Virus record (IMG/VR): IMGVR_UViG_3300032313_001281
Location: 12,793 to 76,792 of that record
Direction: 5' to 3' (one strand)
Length of the DNA: 64,000 nucleotides
Source: a virus
Position numbers and translations under genes: made by a program. Positions 37,323 to 46,246 of the stretch are shown piece by piece (the first letter of the stretch is position 1; every line of letters starts with the position of its first letter). Under the pieces are notes generated by a model that had not been told where the DNA came from, did not search any database, and saw only the letters and a program-made list of their open reading frames with translations.

Positions 37323-37691
37323 CTATTTACGATAGTTTCCTTTGCCCGGAATGGTATTACGGACTCCGCCCACTGGGTCCGCTACATCGCCTGTCCTGCG
37401 TGGAATAAGATGCACATGCGGATACATCACAGTTTGGCCGGCAGCTTCTCCTGAATTGTATCCAATATTAAACCCATCGCACTCGCCTGATACAACCATA
37501 TGGTTACCATCAGCCAGAGCGTGTTCCATAGCCTGCACAATCCAATGAGAATTGTCATCTTTGGGCACATACAATCTATGCCCAGGGGTGCATGGATAGC
37601 GGTCTAAATACACAGCAACCAACGGACGATCTTCTACAAGATTGTCCCATGGTGCTACGCCCCTCTTTTGTGCTTCTAGTAGTGTTGTCAT
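37323..37691 (-). CDS. HIT family nucleotide hydrolase
   Basis: PGH.L.VP, AGQTV..PHVHLIPR. Confidence 0.9.
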   Translation of the reverse strand: MTTLLEAQKRGVAPWDNLVEDRPLVAVYLDRYPCTPGHRLYVPKDDNSHWIVQAMEHALADGNHMVVSGECDGFNIGYNSGEAAGQTVMYPHVHLIPRRTGDVADPVGGVRNTIPGKGNYRK

Positions 37692-37692
37692 A

Positions 37693-40137
37693 TTAGTCTA
37701 TCCAAAATTTCAATTCGGTCATTGCACGATACTGTCCTGCTGTGGTGCCCATAGCACTTAATTTTAACTGGGTCTGACGGGTCAGTTGATTGGTGTACAA
37801 GGCACGTAGATATCCAGTGGTCTGATTTTGCACTTGCAATGTTTTGTTAGTATACACTATGTTTCCGCCCGTGTCAACAGCGGTGGGTATCCGGGCTTGC
37901 ACCGAACCAGATAACACCACGGGCTTGACTCCGGCATATATGCCCACGTCTCCGGCACGTTGGACGTTGCCAAATCTATATCCGGATTCGGCCCAGGCAC
38001 CCCACATGTTATCTACTCTAGTGACCAAGCCCGGTTGTATGTTTGTGGTCACGTGCATGGCACTGGCCTGCGCCGAGAATCCGCCTTTGCGGTAAGTGAC
38101 CACATTGTCCATGACGCCCGATCCGGTGATCTCACCCCAGGCACCACCAAAGGCCATCCACGGATTGGAATTCAAATAGGTATATTGTGTGCCCACACTC
38201 CAGTTGCCGTTACTGTACCATCTTGGTACTCCTACTGTGTATTGAGTGGGCTTGTTTAGACCCATACCGTTGGCATCTCTACCAGCAAAGTCAGCACCCA
38301 CTCGCATGCCGTTGACAGTGGTTAATGCTCCATTGACCAAGTATTCGGCATGGCTGGTCAGTTCGTATTGATCATTGTGCTGAGTATTATATCCAAAAGC
38401 ATTCATGGCCGTGATGTTCATGGGTTTGATATTGGTGGAGAATGCACGACCCAAGCTGTCAGTGACCACGGCTGCTCCGTCACCAATGTTGAGACCTGTG
38501 ATATAACCACGTATGGGTGCTACACCACCGGTGGCCAAGGGCAAGCCAAGACCTCCAATGGGCTGGAATGCTTTTTCTGGATCCAACACATTCATGCCAA
38601 ACCATGTGGTCGAACTCTGTGCCAACACTGTGTTGATCTGTCCGTCGCTCATCCAGGGCCATGCCTGTTTGATTGCAGCGGCAGTGGCCTGTGCTGAAGC
38701 GGCAGTGGCGCCCAGTTGGCTGAGATAAATGGCTTTTTGTTGCACACCGCCGCTGACATAACTGACCGCAGTGGCCAGGTACACATTGCCATCTGGGCCC
38801 TTTACAAACACAATACCGTTAGCGCCGTTTTCAGCACTGGCGTTGATGGCCTTTTCCAAGGCCAAGGACTGTCCAACAAAAGCGTCGATCACTGTGCCGT
38901 AACTGGCAACATATTTGTGTTCTGAGGTGTGTATCAAGACCTGGGCTCCAGTGGCACTGGTCCAACTGGTTCCGCCCAACACTATGTCAATGAGCCCATC
39001 GTTGTTCACGTCCATTAGTTTGGGATTGTAGTGTTGTGAAGATGAGGCAGTGTTATATCCAACCAAGGTAGTGTCTGTGACATCAGTAAATGTTCCGCCA
39101 CCGCGATTTTTCAAGAACTGTATTTCACTGTAGTCGGGCCAAGTGTATCCGCCGGCACCGTTGGCTTTAACCGGTCGGCTGAATATTACAGCACTAGCAA
39201 GGCCCGAGTTGTCAAAGTCAAATGCTAGAGAGCGATAATCGTGACTACCGCTAAATCCGTATCCATTCCACTTGGGCAGGAGAAATCTTGAATCCGGTAG
39301 GACACTGATCATAGTCAGGTGAAAATCCAGTGTGGGTCTACCACCGTCGACCATGCTCCAACTATACAGTCTATTGTTGCCTGCTTGCCAGGCATTTTGA
39401 TCAGTAAGTATGACGCTACTACCGCCGGTGCCCATAAAGTCCGCTATGGCCACTGAGCCGGCACTACCGCCATAATTTCTATCCCCCGATACTGTGTGTG
39501 TAGTAAAAGTTCGATCTGCATTGCCAAAACTCACACGGCTACCGGTGGTAAAGATATCAGATCGGCCATCTCGGTTGATATCATAGACTGCGCTGTCATG
39601 GCCGTGTATGCCAAGATTTAAATCAGCACGAGTGAATCTGGTACCGTTGTTGAAAAATACCCAACCTGATCCGGTTGAGCTGGCATCGGTATTGGGTGCC
39701 ACATACATATCTTTTTTACCATCACCGTCAAAGTCGGCAAACTTAACGCTGGGTTCTGTGCCTAAAATCACATTATCTGTGCCTGAAAACCATTGACTGG
39801 TTCGGTTGACCAAGGTACCGTTACTCCAACCAAACACATTGAGATTATAGCTGGGATATGATCCTTGGTTGGCCGAGCCGGAACGCCCAGCTGTGATTAG
39901 TTCTTCTCCGGAGCCGCTAAGGCTTTCAGCATACATGGCACTGGAATCAGATTCTCGTGCGGTGCTGTTTATAGGAGTAACTGATCCAACACGAGTCGGG
40001 GTTGAGTATGGAACTTGTCTAAGTATAGGGCTAGGACTATTGTATGGAGAGCCACCTCCACCACCACCGCCACCACCACAGCCTGTGATGACTACAACTG
40101 TGCCAAAAAGACAAGTCCAAAGCAGTTTGCGACGCAT
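37693..40137 (-). CDS. large lipoprotein with FG-GAP/VCBS repeats and possible beta-barrel C-terminus
   Basis: Lipobox ITGC followed by poly-Gly; DFDGDGKKD, DINRDGRSD, DVNNDGLID repeats. Confidence 0.75.
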   Translation of the reverse strand: MRRKLLWTCLFGTVVVITGCGGGGGGGGGSPYNSPSPILRQVPYSTPTRVGSVTPINSTARESDSSAMYAESLSGSGEELITAGRSGSANQGSYPSYNLNVFGWSNGTLVNRTSQWFSGTDNVILGTEPSVKFADFDGDGKKDMYVAPNTDASSTGSGWVFFNNGTRFTRADLNLGIHGHDSAVYDINRDGRSDIFTTGSRVSFGNADRTFTTHTVSGDRNYGGSAGSVAIADFMGTGGSSVILTDQNAWQAGNNRLYSWSMVDGGRPTLDFHLTMISVLPDSRFLLPKWNGYGFSGSHDYRSLAFDFDNSGLASAVIFSRPVKANGAGGYTWPDYSEIQFLKNRGGGTFTDVTDTTLVGYNTASSSQHYNPKLMDVNNDGLIDIVLGGTSWTSATGAQVLIHTSEHKYVASYGTVIDAFVGQSLALEKAINASAENGANGIVFVKGPDGNVYLATAVSYVSGGVQQKAIYLSQLGATAASAQATAAAIKQAWPWMSDGQINTVLAQSSTTWFGMNVLDPEKAFQPIGGLGLPLATGGVAPIRGYITGLNIGDGAAVVTDSLGRAFSTNIKPMNITAMNAFGYNTQHNDQYELTSHAEYLVNGALTTVNGMRVGADFAGRDANGMGLNKPTQYTVGVPRWYSNGNWSVGTQYTYLNSNPWMAFGGAWGEITGSGVMDNVVTYRKGGFSAQASAMHVTTNIQPGLVTRVDNMWGAWAESGYRFGNVQRAGDVGIYAGVKPVVLSGSVQARIPTAVDTGGNIVYTNKTLQVQNQTTGYLRALYTNQLTRQTQLKLSAMGTTAGQYRAMTELKFWID

Positions 40138-40167
40138 ACTATACCCATAAGAGTTTACAATATTACT

Positions 40168-40196
40168 ATTATAGCAAAACGGGTATTTTGTGTCAA
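40168..40196 (-). promoter_or_regulatory. sigma70 consensus promoter
   Basis: TTGACA-17-TATAAT. Confidence 0.85.
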
Positions 40197-40202
40197 ACTA
40201 GG

Positions 40203-40631
40203 TTAGTGTACACTAACTTCTTGTTCTAAATAGCGAATCAGCTCTTTGTCTGTGGGTTCTACTGTGTAATTGTTCTTGAAGAAGATTTCATAACTGTCTG
40301 ATCCGTATTTGCCTATACCATACAGTTTGTCGGCTTGGTTGCCATCCCATTCCATAAAATCCAGGGTCATCTGTGTGAGCCTTTCGTAGCGACGATTCAC
40401 CATGCCCAGACTCCAAATCACATCACGAACCTCGTCCGGAGTGGCCTGCAGGAATGCATACGGACTAGGCCACTTGTGCCAAAATACAGGTGCAACTGAC
40501 TTCACAGGCTTGCGACCAGTTTGATTCAGCATGATCACTGCTACCATGTGTTGCCAGGCCGCATTAACACTCTCCAAGCCATCAGGCAACTGTTGTTGCA
40601 CCATGAGATCATCACGGAGTGGCTGTATCAT
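40203..40631 (-). CDS. minimal HhH-GPD DNA glycosylase (MBD4-like)
   Basis: W...VA.IMLNQT, LYGIGKYG.DS, PTDK. Confidence 0.82.
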   Translation of the reverse strand: MIQPLRDDLMVQQQLPDGLESVNAAWQHMVAVIMLNQTGRKPVKSVAPVFWHKWPSPYAFLQATPDEVRDVIWSLGMVNRRYERLTQMTLDFMEWDGNQADKLYGIGKYGSDSYEIFFKNNYTVEPTDKELIRYLEQEVSVH

Positions 40632-41479
40632 CTTGGAGCAAAGTCCTGTTGTAGTTTGATATTGTCCATGAACTCTTTCTTGGTGCCAGGATCTGTTTGG
40701 AACACACCTTTTAACACTGTAGTCTGTGTTAAACTACTGTGTGCCATTATGCCCCTATTTTCGCAACACCCATGTTGAGCTTGTATGTAAACTCCGACAT
40801 TCTCTGAGTCGGTTGCTTTCATTATTTCTCTTGCGATGTCGTTGCACAGTTCTTCTTGTAGCGTACCACGGCGAGCGCACCACTGAGCGATCCTAGTATA
40901 CTTAGACAGACCGATAAGTTTGTTAGCGGCGATGATGCCAATATAAGCAACACCACTGACAGGCTGATGGTGATGAGAGCACATGCTTCGTAACTCAGAA
41001 CGCACCACAAGCATGCCTTCATAGCGGTCCGCCGAATCATTTGGAAAAGCTGTTGCATCTGGTGCTGGATCATATCGACCTCCCATAATTTCGTTGTAGT
41101 ACATTTTAGCAAGACGACGGGCGGTACCTTGGCTGTTAGGATCATTCTCACGATCAATCAACAAGGTATCTAATACTCGTTCAAACGCTTCTGCGGCTTC
41201 ATCAATCAAGCGTTCTTTATCACCCTCGTGTAAATATTCGCTAATGTTATCGCCAGCCCAGAAACGTTTTTTATCACGCTTCATGTTAAACCGGATAGCA
41301 TCGGCTAGATACTTGCCTTCTTCGTAACCTTTATCGCTCATGTGCATTACAGCATCTTCGTAGCCGGGATGGTATGGAGCTTCGGCTACTATGCGGCTTT
41401 GCTTCAAAGCGTCAAATGTTGCTTGGCTGTCATTATTTTTCACTGCGTTCTCTCTATCGTCTGAAGTAAATGTTGTCAT
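40628..41479 (-). CDS. folE: GTP cyclohydrolase I
   Basis: SMCSHH, IGLSK..R, QE, H.C...RG. Confidence 0.93.
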   Translation of the reverse strand: MTTFTSDDRENAVKNNDSQATFDALKQSRIVAEAPYHPGYEDAVMHMSDKGYEEGKYLADAIRFNMKRDKKRFWAGDNISEYLHEGDKERLIDEAAEAFERVLDTLLIDRENDPNSQGTARRLAKMYYNEIMGGRYDPAPDATAFPNDSADRYEGMLVVRSELRSMCSHHHQPVSGVAYIGIIAANKLIGLSKYTRIAQWCARRGTLQEELCNDIAREIMKATDSENVGVYIQAQHGCCENRGIMAHSSLTQTTVLKGVFQTDPGTKKEFMDNIKLQQDFAPR

Positions 41480-41504
41480 GGCGTCCTCTTATTATACATG
41501 TTAT

Positions 41505-42092
41505 TTAGATTTTTGCAAGATCAAATGGAATTTTTCTCAAGTCTGGATACACGGCCGCTTGGCTTTGGGGTGTGATGGCGGGCAATAATTCTAATCCTTT
41601 AACACATAGTTCTAATGTTGGGCAATAATGGTAGCCCAGGATCAAGTCTGTTTCGGTTTCCCATGGTATGTGTAGGTCTCTTCCATCACTGCGCTGGCGA
41701 CTCATTGTGCGATATGCTTCTGCATCATCTAGTAAGATAGCTCCTACTTTGCCCAACTGTAGCGGCTTGGTCCATCCAAAACTTAGACACTGCATGGTTC
41801 CAGAATTATACATGTTGCGCTCTAACCTACGAGCCGAATCCCAAATTCTAGTTCCGTAGAATTGATATTCGCCCGACCATTTTTCAGTGACCATCTCGTA
41901 CTCAATGCCCAAGTGATGCATCAGCATGGGAACACTGAGATAGGTATAAGCAGAGAATCGAGTGCGTTTAACTTGATCATACCGCATGCACAATTCAATG
42001 GCATGTGTACAACCATCGGTTACAACCACATATGGCGCACCGGTATATTCGGCTAGGGCTGATTCAAAATCAAACAGTGCCCGAAAGCTCAT
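41505..42092 (-). CDS. DegT/DnrJ-family aminotransferase, short form
   Basis: FE..LAEY.G, DSA, SF...K.L..G..GA; 195 aa. Confidence 0.75.
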   Translation of the reverse strand: MSFRALFDFESALAEYTGAPYVVVTDGCTHAIELCMRYDQVKRTRFSAYTYLSVPMLMHHLGIEYEMVTEKWSGEYQFYGTRIWDSARRLERNMYNSGTMQCLSFGWTKPLQLGKVGAILLDDAEAYRTMSRQRSDGRDLHIPWETETDLILGYHYCPTLELCVKGLELLPAITPQSQAAVYPDLRKIPFDLAKI

Positions 42093-43042
42093 CTATTGTA
42101 CCACGCCCAGGCATGACTAATCATATTTTCAAGCGTGAACTTGGGTTTCCATGTACTCACACCCATGAACTTACCGGCATCAGCTGTGAGCACAGCCGGA
42201 TCACCTTCACGTTTTGGACCATGAACAACTGGTATTGAAGTTTTGGTTATTTGTGCAGCCAACTGTATCACAGCAAGATTGCTGTTGCCGGCGTTTGTAC
42301 CAAGATTATAGATGTCACTTGGAATATCTTTGTCTATAGCAACAATGTGTGCGTTGGCCAGATCTTCTACGTGGATATAATCTCGAACACAAGTGCCATC
42401 ATCGGTGGGATAGTTGGTGCCATACAGTGTAAAGTCGGTGCCGTTCTTGACTGATTCTAGTACTCGAGCAATGATATGCGTGGCACCCGGTGCTTGGCCG
42501 TGTCTGCCTTGACTGTCTGCACCACAGGCATTGAAGTAACGGAATGACACAAAGTCTAATCCATAAGCCTGCTTGTAGCTGGTCAGCATCCAGTCCGTCA
42601 TCAGCTTGCTTTGACCGTATGGACTGATGGGCTCGGTAGGATCAACTTCTTGCACCGGCGTCATGACGGGATTGCCGTAGGTTGCGGCACTGCTACTGAA
42701 AATGAATCTAACTTGTTTGTCATGATTCTTGACCAGGTAGTCTAGTAGGATCTTGGTTTTAACAAAGTTATTATCGTAGTATTCTTGCGGATTTGATACA
42801 CTGGGGCCAACAAGACTAGTGCCAGCACAGTGTATGATGGCATCTGGGCAAAATCTTTTAATTGCATCCAATCCCAACTCAGCTGAAAAATCACCGGTGT
42901 GCCACTGACATGGAACCGGAATCAGATGCCCGGGTGGCATTGCTCGATCAATGGCCAACACGTCGTGGCCAGCGTCTACTAACTTGATTAAGGTTTCTCC
43001 GCCAATAAATCCAGCTGCTCCAGTAACTACAACTTTAGTCAT
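42089..43042 (-). CDS. galE: UDP-glucose 4-epimerase
   Basis: GAAGFIG, FSSSAATYG, SPYG.SK, RYFNACGA, DGTCVRDYIHV. Confidence 0.9.
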   Translation of the reverse strand: MTKVVVTGAAGFIGGETLIKLVDAGHDVLAIDRAMPPGHLIPVPCQWHTGDFSAELGLDAIKRFCPDAIIHCAGTSLVGPSVSNPQEYYDNNFVKTKILLDYLVKNHDKQVRFIFSSSAATYGNPVMTPVQEVDPTEPISPYGQSKLMTDWMLTSYKQAYGLDFVSFRYFNACGADSQGRHGQAPGATHIIARVLESVKNGTDFTLYGTNYPTDDGTCVRDYIHVEDLANAHIVAIDKDIPSDIYNLGTNAGNSNLAVIQLAAQITKTSIPVVHGPKREGDPAVLTADAGKFMGVSTWKPKFTLENMISHAWAWYNR

Positions 43043-44244
43043 CTTTCAATTTTCCTTACATGGTATTTGGCTTGACTAACATGATCTCTATACCGATTGC
43101 CGGCACGATTCCAAGATTCGCCTTTACCTTCTAGGATGTCTACAACACGATCTACTGTGCCATCAGTCCAATCCGAGATCAATCCCATGTTGTGATGTGG
43201 CTTGTTCAATAGCAATTCTAACTTGTGATAAGCGTCGTCGATACTCCAAGGAACATATAAACGATTAGGATCATCAGCAAAAGTCTCGGGAAAACTTCTA
43301 TAAGCAGGATAAAGAACATTGCAACCCAAAGTATCAGCTTCTGAAACGGTGTTAGAAACCCAGTCTTGTAATGCACAATTAAACAATACACGAGTATCAT
43401 TAAGCAAATTATAGTAATCATTTTTCTTTAAGTTTTCATAAATTACAAGTTTACCTTCCGCCTCTAGTTGTCTAGCACGATCGATGTACCTGGGATTATT
43501 GCTACGCAAAGGGCCGCCTTGAAATATAGTAAACTCTACATTCTTATGCCGACCTTGATTGTGATACATTTCGATCAGGTCCATGTAAAAGTCTGGTTGT
43601 TTCTCTTGGTCAAATCTGGCAGCAAAGCCCACACGCATTTTTCTTTGGTCAAAGGATTTTATATTCTGTGCACCGCCTATGCGTTCTAACACTTCCGCTT
43701 TGCCAAAGGCCAGCCCTGAGATATTGTAGATAGGAGCAGTCCAGCCGGCAATACGCATGTGTGCAACCATTTCTTCGTTGGTAGCCAATACACCTGTTAC
43801 AAATTCGTTAACCATCTTTTCATACAGGTCCATCCACTTCGCCATGCCCCACACATGTACAAAATCGTCAGGGTCAATGGCCTGTGCAAGGCAACGAACA
43901 AATACACGAGGCCGCTGATTACTAGGTATTTGATCCATAATATAAGGGAGACTTTCGATACCAGGTTGAAACATGTCTTCAAAGTAGATAACATCTTCAT
44001 TGGTAACCTTTCCATTACGCATCATTTGTACCAGATTCATCATTTGACTCATACCAAAGTAACTGCGGCCGTGGGCATCCAAGACTTGACCCACGCTGAT
44101 GCTCTGGGTGTTGTCAATAGTCTGTCCAGGCACGATCACATAGTTGATGCCGCGCTGTTCAAACACACGAGTATTCCACTCAGTGAGTTGCAAGGTATAT
44201 CTGGCTTCATAACTCTCTAAGCCCATGTAGAATAGTTTTCTCAT
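43039..44244 (-). CDS. GT-B fold glycosyltransferase
   Basis: FAARFDQEKQP, QDWVSNTVSEA, YP.YRSFPE nucleotide-sugar binding region. Confidence 0.72.
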   Translation of the reverse strand: MRKLFYMGLESYEARYTLQLTEWNTRVFEQRGINYVIVPGQTIDNTQSISVGQVLDAHGRSYFGMSQMMNLVQMMRNGKVTNEDVIYFEDMFQPGIESLPYIMDQIPSNQRPRVFVRCLAQAIDPDDFVHVWGMAKWMDLYEKMVNEFVTGVLATNEEMVAHMRIAGWTAPIYNISGLAFGKAEVLERIGGAQNIKSFDQRKMRVGFAARFDQEKQPDFYMDLIEMYHNQGRHKNVEFTIFQGGPLRSNNPRYIDRARQLEAEGKLVIYENLKKNDYYNLLNDTRVLFNCALQDWVSNTVSEADTLGCNVLYPAYRSFPETFADDPNRLYVPWSIDDAYHKLELLLNKPHHNMGLISDWTDGTVDRVVDILEGKGESWNRAGNRYRDHVSQAKYHVRKIER

Positions 44245-44816
44245 AAAGTCCTCTGTTTATACAATTTTACTTGATCCTTCACAAATTTAGCAACCAGTTG
44301 GTTGCCAGTTTCATCCAAGTGGTTGATTGTGCCAGGATGATTGTTCCAGATATGGTGTAGAATTTTTATATCTGCAATGTAGCCAATTTCAAAAAAACTT
44401 ACGTGTAACACTGGTTTATGTGCTACTAGTGCTTTGATTTTGTCACACAGTAGCTCATGTGTGTGTTTGGCCTGCTCCAGATCAAACACGTTTTCAAACC
44501 ACCAAGTTACATGTCCCGCAAAACTGTCAGGCAATTTTGAACGCATGTCTTCATAGATTAAGTCACAGTTGTGATGAGTCTGGCTTTGTTGATAATACGG
44601 ATTTTTTTCTACATAAATCCTGTTGGGACTTGTGTGTCCCACTACCACAAAATCAAATCCGTCAAGATTTGTTTGTGTGACAGTTCGAAACAATCTGTAT
44701 TGACTGGCACCGTTAGAAGCAAGATTTGTGACTTCATAATCATTGCCAAGTTGACAAGTCCAACCCTGAGGATGGTGCGCCGCAAAACTGTCTCCAATTA
44801 TAAGAATTCTTGACAA
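44241..44816 (-). CDS. SGNH/GDSL-like protein
   Basis: IIGDSF...NLASNGAS...NHL...GN. Confidence 0.65.
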   Translation of the reverse strand: MSRILIIGDSFAAHHPQGWTCQLGNDYEVTNLASNGASQYRLFRTVTQTNLDGFDFVVVGHTSPNRIYVEKNPYYQQSQTHHNCDLIYEDMRSKLPDSFAGHVTWWFENVFDLEQAKHTHELLCDKIKALVAHKPVLHVSFFEIGYIADIKILHHIWNNHPGTINHLDETGNQLVAKFVKDQVKLYKQRTL

Positions 44817-44825
44817 TTTTGACTC

Positions 44826-45047
44826 TTAGAGGTTGCGTCCCAGGCGTCGACCGTCTTCTACCCACATGTTCTTGGCATTCTTGCCTTGGCTGAACTTGTT
44901 GTACTGTTGCCAGGCATAGGCTTTGAAGTTGTATAGGTCTTCTTCACGGAATCTGTAACCGTACTCCTGGCAGAATTCCAAGAAGTTGCTCAAGTCTTCC
45001 AATGCCTGAATGGCTCTGGGGTTTACACGATGTTGGGGCTTGCCCAT
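44826..45047 (-). CDS. hypothetical protein
   Basis: 73 aa, AAGGA SD. Confidence 0.7.
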   Translation of the reverse strand: MGKPQHRVNPRAIQALEDLSNFLEFCQEYGYRFREEDLYNFKAYAWQQYNKFSQGKNAKNMWVEDGRRLGRNL

Positions 45048-45057
45048 GATAGTTCCT

Positions 45058-45507
45058 TTAAATTACAATTGATTGAGTTGGACGAGTAAGGTTATAACTA
45101 ATAGAGCATCCGTTCTCGCCGTCTTCGGACACTTCAATTACTACAGCACGACCCGGATAACGATCTGCTATCTGTACATACAAGTCATCCGCGATCATTT
45201 CACAACTTTTCCAGTCTAGTTCTAAAACGGTATTCGAACCGTTATACAACGACTCGAGCCATCGCTTGAATTGGATGAACTCGATGTCCCGGTCATTGTG
45301 GAACACATCGATTGACACCCGGAAATGAAATATATGGCGATGAGGATTAGCAAGGAACGAAACATCATATTCTCCTGCTGTATTTAACCGGGGATCTGTC
45401 GCGGCCGCTGGATAGCAATGGATGCCTTCCTTGCGGAATGTAACCCAAATTTTACGTTCTGCGGCATCCATAATGCGTGTTACGGTTTCTCTTTGTTCCT
45501 GTATCAT
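45058..45507 (-). CDS. QueD-like T-fold protein, DpdL-like (putative CDG decarboxylase)
   Basis: LANPHRHIF (LxxxHRHxF), RDIEF, SCE, VSEDGENG; lies in the dpdA cluster. Confidence 0.65.
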   Translation of the reverse strand: MIQEQRETVTRIMDAAERKIWVTFRKEGIHCYPAAATDPRLNTAGEYDVSFLANPHRHIFHFRVSIDVFHNDRDIEFIQFKRWLESLYNGSNTVLELDWKSCEMIADDLYVQIADRYPGRAVVIEVSEDGENGCSISYNLTRPTQSIVI

Positions 45508-45731
45508 AGTGCGCTCCTCATCTCACGGAGCCACTCATCCACACGAGTCTCGGCTTCGGCCTGGCTCATGGCCGGCACAGTGATACGGTATGGTGTGCCA
45601 GGTCTGTGACGGATGTCATAGCGTATGGTTCCGTTAAGGATCATGTCGTTTTCGTCACGCAACACTGTGAACTCTTGCAAGTTCTGAGCACGATAAATGG
45701 CTCGTTCTGCTAGTACTCTAACATCATTCAT
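45504..45731 (-). CDS. hypothetical protein
   Basis: 75 aa, overlaps both neighbours. Confidence 0.6.
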   Translation of the reverse strand: MNDVRVLAERAIYRAQNLQEFTVLRDENDMILNGTIRYDIRHRPGTPYRITVPAMSQAEAETRVDEWLREMRSAL

Positions 45732-46246
45732 TTTAACACCTCATCTTGTGTATATTTAGACCAGTCGGTGAACTGACTGCGTTTTTGTAAATCATGTAGG
45801 CTGTGACACCACACTCCGGCATTGGTAGCACGAAAGTCTCGGTCATCCAGTTTGAGTGTAGCATTGTAGCCAAACTGACGGATATAAGGTAGTTTAACAC
45901 TGATCATAGGAATAAAGTTATGGAACTCTACCAACGAGGATTCTAGTAGTCCTTCCGCTTGTGCATGATCTAGATCAAGGGTGCAATAGTTGGGGCGTTG
46001 TTCTAAACAAGGCTGAATCATTGTTTCCCAATGACGCCAGCCAAAATTATCGTTAATGTCTAATGGTGGAAAACTTTGGTTGGCCCCAAAGTAGATATGC
46101 TCACAATTGTTGTTGTCAAACTCTTGCAGAACAATCTGCGGATCCTGCCGACCCACCACAAACAAGGTGCGTAGGCCAAATGCAGGTGTGTGTTCTACTT
46201 CGTTTCCAACAAAGAAACTTACTGCTTCATGTCCGTCTCGGTTCAT
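45728..46246 (-). CDS. hypothetical protein coupled to the dpdA-like gene
   Basis: G.EVEHTPA.G..TLFV, HIYFGANQS, KLDD.DF.ATN.GVWC. Confidence 0.7.
   Translation of the reverse strand: MNRDGHEAVSFFVGNEVEHTPAFGLRTLFVVGRQDPQIVLQEFDNNNCEHIYFGANQSFPPLDINDNFGWRHWETMIQPCLEQRPNYCTLDLDHAQAEGLLESSLVEFHNFIPMISVKLPYIRQFGYNATLKLDDRDFRATNAGVWCHSLHDLQKRSQFTDWSKYTQDEVLK

Noticed and set aside
40050-40082. (CCA/CCN)n repeat as a contingency locus
   Set aside because: It is a mixed-codon poly-Gly linker after the lipoprotein Cys; triplet changes would not shift the frame
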